From Dimorphilus gyrociliatus (lineage: Eukaryota; Animalia; Annelida), in contig CAJFCJ010000012.1 of NCBI GenBank assembly GCA_904063045.1, positions 1,240,001 through 1,304,000 on the forward strand: a DNA stretch of 64,000 bases, read 5' to 3'. Numbering within the stretch: position 1 is the stretch's first letter; each line of letters begins with the position of its first letter. Made by a program: the position numbers and the translations under genes. The notes under the pieces were generated by a model. The model did no database searches. It was not told the origin of the DNA and was given only the letters and a program-made list of their open reading frames with translations. Shown in pieces: positions 52,561-64,000 of the stretch.

Positions 52561-52674
52561 ACAATCTTTGGTGGCGCTCCATTCGGATACTCTAACTCAG
52601 CGACTTTTTTCGTGATGATTAGCACCAGAGTATAAAATAATAATAACATAATAAGAACGGATAATAAATATAAG

Positions 52675-53124
52675 ATGTTCGTAAGGCGAGGAACAGTCGT
52701 ACGAAAAAACAGAGGTAGAGGTAGAGGAGCAGCTCATCCCAGCTTGAGAAGAACTCAAATTAATAGAACAAGTTCTAAATCGACGTTATCTACAAGGAAT
52801 AGTAATCTGCAGGCTGAAGATAGTGATGAAGACGAGGAGAATGACCTACAAAGGCGTGCAACTCATGTATTTTCTACTCAAAACGTAAGCAGAGTGGAAT
52901 TTAATTTAGAGGAGTCTCCGTCCAGTTCCCAACCTCTGCAAACTCAAAATAATCCTAGACGCGCTCAGCGAAGGCAGTCTTCCTTCTCCAGCGCTGCAAG
53001 TCAAATTTTGCAGTCTATTGGCTCTGTGAAAGCCTCTCCACATTCTGGTCATCACTCAACAATACGATATACTTCGAATGGAACGTCTCAGGCTGCGCTT
53101 TATTATAGTCTGAAAAAGTTACAG
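52675..53124 (+). CDS. First coding exon of an orphan basic/Ser-rich, likely disordered protein; downstream exons unresolved
   Basis: 150 codons from an ATG to a consensus donor CAG|GTAAGC (phase 0). Protein-like composition (RG-rich N-terminus, acidic EDSDEDEE, RRQSSF), GC higher than flanks. The rest of the ORF-track ORF is probably intron. Confidence 0.6.
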
Positions 53125-56014
53125 GTAAGCCTACACCAATTAGCCTTTTCAGACCTCCTTAAGAAAGCAACTTTCTTCCTAATTTCCAAAAGAAATCCTA
53201 TTTTCGACCCATAGATAATATGTTGTATGTAATTTTATTTGAAGTCAGGCCAACTATACACTGTAAGACGTATACGTATTTAGAATACGCTGTATAACGT
53301 AAAAACAATCGATAGACGGCGTAAAAATATATGAAATTGCGCGTCAACGCGAGACGTTTCTCGCACCTAGTCGAGCGTATTCTTTGCAGGATTTTAGTGA
53401 AGGAAGCCATCAAAACGGTGAACGTTTGGACGTTAAGAAGCCAGAGATAGGCGTCGCCGTCGCTTCGTACGTCTTGACCCAGAGTCTATTTAGACCGGAA
53501 GTTAAGCATACGCAAAATTTTTTTTCTTCTCCTACCTTTATTCGCGCTAATGGGCGAGCGCGTGCTTCGTCACTAATTACTTATCAAACGATCGACTTTC
53601 ATCTTCGAGGCGGAAAAATCATGTTACTCTGTAAACTTTAACACCTTAGCCTTGGTTGAAAAGAAATATTAATATTTACTTTTATGGTCTTTAAGGGGAA
53701 CTAAGAACGGTGAAGATGCTTTTCCTTTACATCGTACTGTAGCACAATACCGTTTTCCTATTACTTAATTATATTAAAGTTTCTTATATACGCAATATCA
53801 TCTACTTATTCCATTTATTTATTTAATATAAGGCAACACGTAGTGACTGGCGTCGAAATTGATTGTTCAAAGCGTCACCAACACAATTGACAGGTGCTTC
53901 CTAATCATCTAGTCAATGTATCACTATAATGATGTCGGTAACGACCACTGCAGTAATCACTCGACCGTTAGTCTTCCTCGCGTCGTTGGCTTTTATACAT
54001 TCGACAGCGAAGATCAAAAAAAAAACGACCAGCGGACATAAAGCCAGAGGATTAGATCGGCTAAAGTTTTTTTAGACTTTTATATGAAGGCGTTTTAACG
54101 CCTTACTTAACATACTCTAGGAAACTATACGCGATCTATAGAACGTCAAAACTAGCTTGCATAAACGCAAACAATGTTCTTGTTTGTCGGTTTATGCGTA
54201 TAACGCTAACTGAAGCCGCTTTGTTACTAAAAAAAACTAATTCCTCTTTCAAAGTCTAAATACTACGTTGACTGTTATACATTTATATGTATGCATATGA
54301 TATATACATTTATTACAAACACACTGAAAGTGTGCAAAGTATAGAATTTATATAAAAGATTCTATCCATGTCGCAACTTGTATAAATTATAGTCTTACCG
54401 GAACTAGGTAACCCTAACCATGACCTTATATAAATGGCTGTAAAGGCATAAAGAAAGTAAAGTATTTAGTATTTTCTCATTTCCAACATGGATCTTTTAC
54501 TAACTAAATATGTAATATATAATGCAGTACTAAATATACTTAATACAAAAGAATGTACAGCAGGGGCTGTAACGACGAGTAATTATAGATGGCCTTTCTA
54601 GAAACAAAGTTTCCTCCTTTCTCTTTACATAAAACAGGGGCTTTTACCTGCGCTCCAAATTCTTCCATCACTTTTCTTTCATCAAAATAATTCTAATTAT
54701 GTAGGTGGAGGATAATTAATACCGGATCGCGAAACCTTATAGTAGCGCGTGCGCTTTCTTTCTATCTTGCTAGATATGATCCTTCAGAGGTACAAATAAT
54801 TAATTTTTCAACAGTCTTTTAAAAGAACTTCCGACCGATGTATATAGTCTTACCTTTTTCTTATTCTATATATATATTAATATATATATATAAATATATA
54901 CAGCATATATATGTATTAAGTCTTTTATTCCATCAAGGATGAGAAAGTTATAGAAATGGATTTAGATTAAGATTTCTCTTTTCATCTAAAATTGCTTAAA
55001 TTGTTAAAGGAACCATTCTTTCTCATATATATAAACCTGGCCCGTCATAGTCGAAATGGTCCCTTTGATATTGCACCCAAACAGCTTAATAAAATTAAGT
55101 GTTAATAAACCTATTGAGACGTTTCACGGAGCATCTGCTCAGCTTTTCCATGATGACTCCGTGTATGATTTGGATAAGAGTCGTTAATCTGTTTTTTCTT
55201 CTTGCTTTTCATCTTTTATCCTCATATTTCATAGTCCTATGAAAGGCGCCTCTTATCTCGTATCGTTGCGCCATCTATCGTCTATAATAATTGCCACTGT
55301 ACTGTCCCCACAACATTTAAGGCTTTGTACCAATCATCGATATTTATGCGAAATGATGATTCAACAAAAAAAACATCTCTAAAAAACTGACAAATGTCGA
55401 TTATAGTTAATTATAGATAAATCTTACAAATTATTCTGAAGTCAATGGATATCAGAAGTATGCGAGAGAGAATAGGCGGTTTTATATATCTAGAATTGTC
55501 ATCGTGTAGTAATGGTCGATCTGCCTTCGTGTTTGGGTCAAATGGGGAAAGTGATAGCAAAAAAGTTTAGTAAATGCGGGGACGACGTGGTCTGACTCGA
55601 GCAGTTTTACCTGTCGATTTTCATAAGCGTCTAACAGAGAGAAAATTAAGTGAGTTTAACGAAGCGGACTGTTCTTAATCTAACTGAGCAAAATGGATTT
55701 GCACTGTAAAATTGAGTGAAAATTCCAACCGGGTCGAATAACCTCTATTAAGGAATAAAAATAAAAGAGTGATGAAAAAAGAATCATAGTATGAAATATC
55801 CCACACATTTTTTGTTCATTGATCGGATTCTACGGCGTTTGTAAAATAGTAGCTAACTAGATTACAAGTCAATCGTTAAAAGGGGGAACGAAAAAAAAAC
55901 TTCAAAAGAACAGACCGTTATAACAGTAACGCCCGCACACCAGTGACGCCAATTGGATCAATGCCGCCGCCAGGTCATTTCTAGTCGAACGCTTGGAAGG
56001 AGAGCATTGAAGTT

Positions 56015-59000
56015 ATGCACAATCCTGCTTATGAATTTGATGGAGAGGAAAACATGGAAAAAAAGGAAAAGAAAGTATCAAAACCAACGGAGGCTACTCC
56101 AATAGTTAAAAGACAACCACCTCCGCGTGAGCAGAGTCGAGATGCAGGCATGATGTTATATAACCTCTCAGGATGGGTTAAAGAAAACAAGGAACGAGTC
56201 TTAAAGGAGCAACGCCGTAAGCAAATGTTAAGATCTAAGAGTGTTAAGGTTCGTATACCAAGACAAAAAAAAAAGAGAATTCGAGGATGAAAAGCAATCA
56301 ACAAATTACTTAAAGGTGGATTAAAGCACCTGAACATGAAAAATGTTACGCCAGGGACTATGGAGCTTATTGCTAATTGCTGTTTTGTCAGTAAATGCAA
56401 TAAAGCCAGTCTATTATTATAAAACCTTTCAGCAGGTCGATCGTATATACGGCCGGATTGATACTGATGAAATTCAGCGGAAGTTAATAAAATAATAATA
56501 AAAAAAATAACTGAAATAACCGACATAACATGATTTAGACTGACAGAAATAGTAGCGAGAGATAGGAGCTAAAACAAGACGCAACTAAATAGTCAGTTAA
56601 ATAAGGAAGACACAGAAAAGGCATATAGCAGGGAAACGATAGAAGAGAGACACACAGAAACAGAGAGAGAGAGAGAAAACGACAGAAGGGGAGATGGAGA
56701 GAGAGAGAGAGAAAGAGGGAAAAAAAGATAATTTAAATCCAGATACGTTTCCTCGGCTTGGCCTTAGTTTTCCTTTCTCTATTTTTTTGATCTTACCAGC
56801 TGCCAGTTCAAATTTTTTTTCGCTATATATTTTTATTCTTACATTAGACCCGTTTTCGTGAGCCTTTTATTATTAATGAATAATGATGAAGGAAATTATT
56901 TGTAGGATCAATTACAAGTTGTATTAGACATTCTTTTCCCCTCTTTAGTCCGTAAAGAAAAAATGATTACATAATCAGCAAAAGAAATATCTGTGAAAAA
57001 AAAATACATCAGTGCAAATCCCGTACTCTTTTCTCCACTTATAGATCGATAAGGACATCTTGATTGGCCGACCAATTATCCGACTTAATTGGATACAATT
57101 TTTACCTTTTACAGAAAAAATCAAGGGAAAGCAGAGAAGTCATCCGTTCGATATTCGTTCATTACACATTTTCTCGCTCCCCTATGACTTTCTGTCACGT
57201 ATTAAAATATATAGACTTGAAACTCATATATCGTATAATGTATGTTATAAGTAGGTAAAGAGGGATAGGATTAGATGTTGTATGACGCTTCCCAAACATG
57301 TAATATATTTATCTATATATTCTTATTTCATACGTGTAAGAAACATATATACTAATATATATATATGTGTGTGTGCGTGTATATATATGTATATATGTTA
57401 TAAACGATAGATGCACAGTTCAACTTATATCTAAGACTACAACACTTAAGACGTACATGTAGATACACGCCTTCATTTTATAGTTATCTATACTGCATTG
57501 CACTGTACTTTATACAAAAAGGGTTTGGCGTGTTTAAATAAATTTATCGACCATTGAGCGTTAAGATAGCATATTTTCGATCAATTTTACTTTATAGACA
57601 AACTGTTGGAGGTCATATTTCTCCTCCCCAAAAAAATAATATATAGAAAAGAATAAAGTGAATAAGAAAAATACTGGCACCCAAACGCGTTTATTACTTT
57701 TTCATAGGCAAATTATTAGCGTTATGGGACTGAAATATATTAGGATTGGGAATGATGATAAATCGTTTTATAAAAAGAAAAATAAACCTTATAACTCGCT
57801 TCAACAGACACACGACGACGAAAAATCGCTTTGTACTAGTGAATGGTCCGGCGATATAAGTTTAGATCAGCCTTCTTACGGTTCAATTGTACTGCAAATA
57901 CGAGAAGCGAATGCCGAATCTTCGTCCGTTTGCGACTTTGTTTGTAAAGCCTTGGAAATATTGGAAAATACCGGTATCATTCTTTTCTTATTTCTCGTTT
58001 AAACAGTTTCAAACACAAAAGATAGTTTAGGAGAAAAGGCGTTATTAGGCGTTAGATATTACGCTTTCGGCGGAAGTCGACAGATTAAAAACCCTTTTCC
58101 ACTTAGAATCATTGAAATGAAAGACGAAAATTCTATGGCTATTCTTTTACATACTTTTTTCCTCCCTCTCCCTCTCCTCTTCTTTCTGTTCTTCTTACTC
58201 TCCCTCACCTTTCTCTCTCCATCCTTCCGTCCTTTCCTGTTCCTGTTCCTGTTCCTCCTCGCCCTATCTATCCTTCTCCATTCGCTTTTTAAGTGGAGAG
58301 TTTATGCTTCTCTTGCCACCTATTATAGCCTTATCCCCTCTTTCAACATTATTCACAGCTTCTTGACCGAAATAACAGCCTATAAACGACTGACTGAACT
58401 CCTTTTCCCGTTAAATTATGCTTTTTCTCCCTACCCGACATTATTATAAAGCGCTTTACAATATAACTTGGCGCGCATTAGCCAGGAAGGGAAATTGATG
58501 TTTGTACAAACTCATAGTCCCAAGAAGATGTAAAGAAAGGGAAAGAAACGGTTTTTTTGGCGCTCCATCTGCCGTGTTTACTTGCAAAGTCGAAAATTGG
58601 GGATGGAAATCGGAAAATCTGTACGATTTATTAAACGCCATCAAACATTTTCCCTAACTGAATCATGGCCCTTTGCTTGCCAATTCAGTTTATTGGTCAG
58701 TTCTGCTCTAGACGGTGGTCAATGATGCTGAGAAGAAGCGAATTCGAAATAGATAACTCAGGGAACGACCCTAATAATCGTAGACTACCTATAGGTCTTT
58801 AAATATTCATTATCGTAACTTTTTAGGAGGATTATTTTAGTTATTCCACAATAAGAAACATTTCTTATATTGTTTCTTTCTATGCAGTGTTCGTTACTGT
58901 GCTTCTTGGATTACTCATGGCCGTACCAGTAGCCATGATAACGGTCGGAGTAAAATTCCTGCATGAATGCCCTATCGAACCCAAGGTGCCTATTTACTTA

Positions 59001-59387
59001 CTCGTAGCCGGTTGTTTTGGACTACTGAAACTTCTTTCCCTACTCTGGAGGCAAGTTCGGTCAAGACGGTACGAGCAACTGGACGAAATGGCCACTCCAG
59101 GTAACGGTGATGGTATGATTATGTCAAAATCATCGAAATTCTCCGAGGCCGTACTCAGTATTTTTTTACTTATTTGGTTTGGTTTTGGTAATTATTGGAT
59201 TTTCCGAGTATGGAAGCCAAACTTTATACAAGCTTTACATCGTCCAAGCGATTGGTGTCATCCGACAGTGTACATGTTCGCTTTCGGTACGATATGCGGT
59301 GTCTACGCATTGACAGCAATTGTTTTGCTTATTGCTTGTATGCTAGCTTTATGCTATAGGCTTTGTAATACCTGTTCATCTGAATAG
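56015..59387 (+). CDS. TMEM272-like multi-pass membrane protein with a long cytosolic N-terminus; 3 exons
   Basis: Exons 56015-56248 (phase 0), 57808-57973 (phase 0 to 1) and 58888-59387 join in frame. Family-type motifs: QPSYGSIVLQIREA, VPVAMITVG..ECPIEPKVPIYLLVAG, FLLIWFGFGNYW, WCHPTVYMFAF. An in-frame acceptor at 55983 allows further upstream exons. Confidence 0.8.
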
Positions 59388-59787
59388 CGACAGATGAAGG
59401 AAAAAAAGCAAACAAGTAAAAAATAACTGAATATATTAATACTTTTGTTCTCAAAAAGTTGAGTTTATACTGGTTGTCCTCGTTTATTATTCAAAAAATG
59501 GTGTTCTATTGATATATATGTCTATATACAGTATGTGCAATATATGTATACAATATATACAATGTATATTTATATTGTATACTGCATATGTAGTATTCGT
59601 ACTTGTATATGTATACTTACCTATATATGTATGTACTTTTAAAAGGTATATACATTGGATATGACCTAGTTACTCATATAAAAGAAAGCGAATATTTACA
59701 AAATACATATGTATTATGTTATATCAAGACCTTACTCAATTGAGTAACACTCCTCTTGGACAGTCTATAAAAAAGTACTGATTAAAA

Positions 59788-60388
59788 ATGAATGGGAATA
59801 GCCCACAGCAATACATCATTGGCTTGATTTTGGCGGTAATCTTCCTTATTATCCTTATCGCTATCGTCTACATAATTTATAGACTTATTCGAATATGTGT
59901 ACTAATGGTAAGAGTCATTTTTATTATATTCGTATATTTATCTCAATTGAACAAGAATTAGGAAAACATTTCCGTCTTTGTTATTTTAATTGTTTTATGC
60001 AAATTTGCGTCTATTTCGATAAATCTTTACTTGTTTTTGCTGAATAATTAGTTTTTCTTTTAAATATTAATAGAGAAAGGAAAAAAATCTGAGGGTATCA
60101 AGTCGTCAGGATCGTGCTAATTCGGAAGATTGTCAAATGAACTTATCGCCGCCACCGGCCTATCGTAATTCCTGGTTGGATGAATTTAGTAGAAGATTTT
60201 GGAAAAAACCTTCCGCACCTCCGACAGATGACAGTTTAAACATTCGCTACGACCAAGCAAATTGTAGTCGGATCTCAATGAACGTAACAACCAATACTTT
60301 ATTCAGATCGGAAGCAGGAAATTTACACGGCGAAGGACTTTGCAGTACGCCAATAAAGGATAAGAATATCGTCGAAGTTGACGTATAA
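59788..60388 (+). CDS. Small single-pass membrane protein (144 aa) with PPxY and PSAP motifs
   Basis: Exon 59788-59907 (MNGNSPQQYIIGLILAVIFLIILIAIVYIIYRLIRICVLM|GTAAGA) splices in phase to 60074-60388, which contains SPPPAY and KPSAPP. No signal peptide. Confidence 0.75.
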
Positions 60389-60915
60389 TTAATTCTATGG
60401 ACAAGTTAATCAATCTAAATATTATATTACAAGTTTATACTATCATTGATGATTACAAAAGGGCTATTAAATAAACTATTCTTTAATCATAACACCTATT
60501 TGCGATACTTCACAACTATACAAGATGGCGCAATTTTTCGTGTCTATTTTATTCTCTTTTCTATATTAAATTATTAACTCTTCAAGCGTGTTTACAGAAA
60601 TTAGATAAGATATTCATGCTATTACTTAAGATAAATCAAAAAGAAATTATCATCATAAAAGTCTTTTAGGCGTTCTTAAGCGAATTGTTAAGGAGGAGTG
60701 CAATGATTTTTTTTTTATATTCCTTCTAATTTGAGTGTCTTGGATCCCTTGAGGCGAAGAATATTAGGCATAGAAAACGAGTTGGGGCATATGAGTACAT
60801 AGAGTGCAAAAGGAAGTATTTTTTCCACCCCTCTTAATTAATACCTTTCGAAATCTATTGTATAAATAAAGACAGATTTTAAACTAAACTCAATTTTAGT
60901 CCAAATGCATAAATT

Positions 60916-62241
60916 TTATAGCATAGAATTTGAAATAGAGCCTTTTCCATTGCCTACTTCGATTGTATAAACGGAACAGCTGACAAAACTCGTTGATCTA
61001 CTTTCTCCTGCGTCAGCTTTCAAGGTTTCAGCTAAGTCGACATCCTCCTTTTGTTTGAAATAAAAAAAAAATCTTTATTCCAATATTTTTTCCCTTTTAT
61101 TAACGCACACACGTGTAATATTCAGCTAATTAACGATCCGTATAAAATAAACAATACATACTAGTAAAAAAAAGAAATTATAATGTTAATCGTTACCCTC
61201 ACTCTTAAATAGTTACCTACAATCAAAACAGACATTTTTTTTTAACCTTGAACCAAAGTCAAGTTAGTATTGAATTCGGAAACTTGCTAAATAAATGGGT
61301 AAATAAGGAATCGAATGTGGTATTTATTGTTGGAACAACTAAAGGAAATTACTTAAAATAACTGCTTACTCGGGTCAACGCATGCTAATTTTCATAGTAA
61401 ATTCATCGGTTTCTTTTGCAAAAAAAAGTATTACGTAATATTAGCTTTAATCAGTTTTGTTGAGTTTAGAGAAAGAGTATAATTTAGTTTTGATGGCTGA
61501 TTGTTGTTTTAAAAAAAATAAAAAGTCCACAAGGATTTGTTATATTGGAATTAGATCCAGTCACCAAGACTTAGTTATTAAGGGATTAAGAAGGGAACAA
61601 AAGGAATGTTACGAATTCCTCGTAAAAAAAATTGATGAATAAGTCTGCATTTTCAATTACTAAATCTAGTTTATTTGTTGCGTGAACGAGAGAATGACTA
61701 TAAGGATACTATTCTGTTCTGATGGGACTATATAAAATCCTTTACCTTACCAATAGCCAGAGATCACAATCAATTTATTGTTGGAGGTTATGCTTACCAA
61801 TCAAATCACGAACTGTTCTACACATATAGAAAATTAAGAAGGACGAATGGGATTTGGATGAAGTTGTCTGGTTTTTATTCCATTCCTATGTACTCATTTC
61901 CAACCCAGTTCTTTCAAATTTTTATGCTCCTTTCTATTTTTTCCTATTAAATCTCTCAAAGAGATTTTATTTTTAAAATTAATATTTACAGAACACAAAA
62001 TAATCTTATAATGAATTCCTATTTAAAAACAAGACTTTTCCATTCCTTTTAACTTCCCTTTTCACTTTATTCTTTTCCTCCTCTTTCATTACCCGCCCCT
62101 TTTAGCCTCCCTCTCGCCTAATATTTACACAGTCTTTCCTACTTTTAATCAGAATTAACCTCTAATAAATTATAAGATAAAAAATACCATTTCTTACCTG
62201 GGAAATATTATTGTAAATAGTTAATGAATTAACAGGAATTG
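60916..62241 (-). CDS. Candidate micro-exon gene of unknown function, 5' part unresolved
   Basis: Phase-compatible GT-AG chain: 62198-62241 (44 nt), 61990-62018 (29), 61798-61817 (20), 61613-61665 (53), 61370-61384 (15), 61247-61286 (40), 61197-61216 (20), 60916-61047 (132, ends in stop). Caveats: one intron would be only 30 nt, and such chains can arise by chance in AT-rich DNA. Confidence 0.42.
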
Positions 62242-64000
62242 CTTTAAAATATAAAATTGATCAAAATATTTTTTATTATTAGATCAAATGAAACAGAAAG
62301 GAACAAAAAAAATTTTTATTCTTTTTCTTTTTATAAGTACTACCTTTTGATGAATCATTTAAGTAAATATATGTTCAAATCAAATAAACTTCCAATTAAA
62401 ATTCTATATGGATTCTAATCAATATATATATATATATATATTAGTATATATAAATATATATACAATATATAGTCATTTTTTTTACCTTTATTTATATAAA
62501 TGACAAATAGGATTTATAAATCAATAGAAAATTCCCTATTTTCGGTTGTGCCTTTGTTTTACAGTTTTTGTTTTATAGGTAATTTGATTATTTATTTTTA
62601 TGTTATTGTCGTTTGACTTGATTAGCCTTTATTAAAATATTTATCTTCTAGTTAGTAAGGTAATGTAAAAGTCTAAATAGGATGATATAGATACATTTTA
62701 ATACAAATTAATTAGTCTAAGTATCTTATATCACTTTGTATTAATCATTGATTTTTTTTCTTCCCCTTTTTATCTTCCTTTCCTCTCTTATTCACCATCT
62801 ATCTATCTATCTATCTACTTCATTTTCTCACTTTCTCCTCATCTTCTCGACACTATCTTTTCTTTTTTCCTATTACAGCTTCAACCTTCCCGTCTACATA
62901 TTATCGCTTTTCAGAATGTAGATATGTCAAGAAATTACTTTGAATTAATTAATCATATCTCTATTAAGAATAAAGTAGAATAATCATCAAATATCTCATC
63001 CACTTGTATGGTTGATATAATAAAATATACTTTAAAGCTATCAAACTATCATCTTATCAAATATGACGATTTAGTAAAACATAAAAAATGAAATAGTGTC
63101 AATTAGCAAATATCAAACAATGTTGAATGTAAATACATAAAGATAGAATAAAAAAAAAGAGACGTTACAAACATAAATAAAGCAATAAAATAGTATGATC
63201 ATAAATAAATAAAAATACTAATTAGAAATGTTATAAGCATAACGAAAGATTTCAGTCTAGTTTACATTTAGTCGTGATTATCTTAGAAATAGAAAATATT
63301 TCCATATTATAAGAATAATCAATTAGATTTATGGTTTTTTTCTTTTATCAATAAATGTTAAATTTATATTTTTATATAAACAAAAAACTTGTAGAATAAT
63401 AATTTTTTTCATGAAAAAAAAACAAACTGTCACTATTATCCTATTCAGAATCAATAAATGTTATATTGACGCTTCAATTTGTTGAATTTTACATATAGAT
63501 CTATAAACAGTATATACAGTATAAATAGACGGTTAATATTTGCTATTACTATTCTTACTATTATTATTGTTATTGTTATTATTATTGTTATTACAATTGG
63601 TAATTGAAAAATTAGTAATATGCTTATTTTTTACTGTTAGATTGAAAATGTAACTTTTATCTGCAAAAAAATTCCTTAAATTATGATAAAATTTCAAAAG
63701 ATAAGTGCTATTTTAAAAGTAGTTTAATGTCAAATTAAAAAATTATATCTTTAACCTTTAAGAGTTCAGAAATAGAATCCAATGCTAATAAGATAAATAT
63801 ATTTAATATACAGTATATTCTATATCATATATTGAATATATGATCTATATTACATCTCTTCCGCTTTTTTGCATGTAAAAACATAAAGTTTTTGCAGTCG
63901 ATTAAAAAAATTGCTAATCATTTACAGATTAGTTAAAGTGTAAATATTGTATATAGCAAAAAATGGAGATGAGGAAAGGTAAAATTTTAGTTACAAATGA

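Noticed and set aside
51557-52635. Tyr/Ile-rich ORFs in the (TA)n block (also 43330, 50563)
   Set aside because: Artefacts of TA repeats.
56029-56290. C-terminal half of the 165-aa minus-strand ORF
   Set aside because: It is the antisense shadow of TMEM272-like exon 1, which is supported by in-phase splicing.
62191-62201. TTCTTACCTGG resembling the U1 snRNA 5' end
   Set aside because: No U1 body follows; better explained as the reverse complement of a splice donor.
1-64000. CRISPR arrays, tRNA/rRNA genes, transposase or reverse transcriptase ORFs
   Set aside because: None recognised by eye: no regularly spaced repeats, no tRNA cloverleaf or T-loop context, no TE protein motifs. A tRNAscan-SE, cmscan and RepeatMasker run would be needed to exclude degenerate copies.

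Overview
Eukaryotic, AT-rich (roughly 30% GC by eye), gene-dense genomic DNA with GT-AG spliceosomal introns, many only 44-63 bp long. Gene content suggests a lophotrochozoan with a compacted genome, plausibly an annelid (inference, not verified). I assembled exons by hand across the ORF track and support about 13 protein-coding loci: KIBRA/WWC (-), a GABA/taurine/creatine-group SLC6 transporter (-), an intronless degenerate class A GPCR (-), a small RING-like/B-box protein (+), a 7-EC protocadherin (-), a GABA-B-R3-like receptor (+), a highly divergent GABA-B-like class C GPCR tail-to-tail with it (-), a glycine-receptor-like Cys-loop chloride channel (+, one GC-AG intron), an S1A serine protease (+), an orphan disordered exon (+), a TMEM272-like gene (+), a small single-pass PPxY/PSAP protein (+), and a candidate micro-exon gene (-) missing from the ORF track. 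No rRNA, tRNA, CRISPR or intact transposon was recognised. The most notable signals are the convergent GABA-B-R3 / divergent class C receptor pair (coiled coils in both, RQRR motif in the partner), a recurrent CTCF/YY1-like AGATGGCGC motif mostly at gene boundaries, and the micro-exon chain at 60.9-62.2 kb. All homology calls come from motif recognition; no database search was run.
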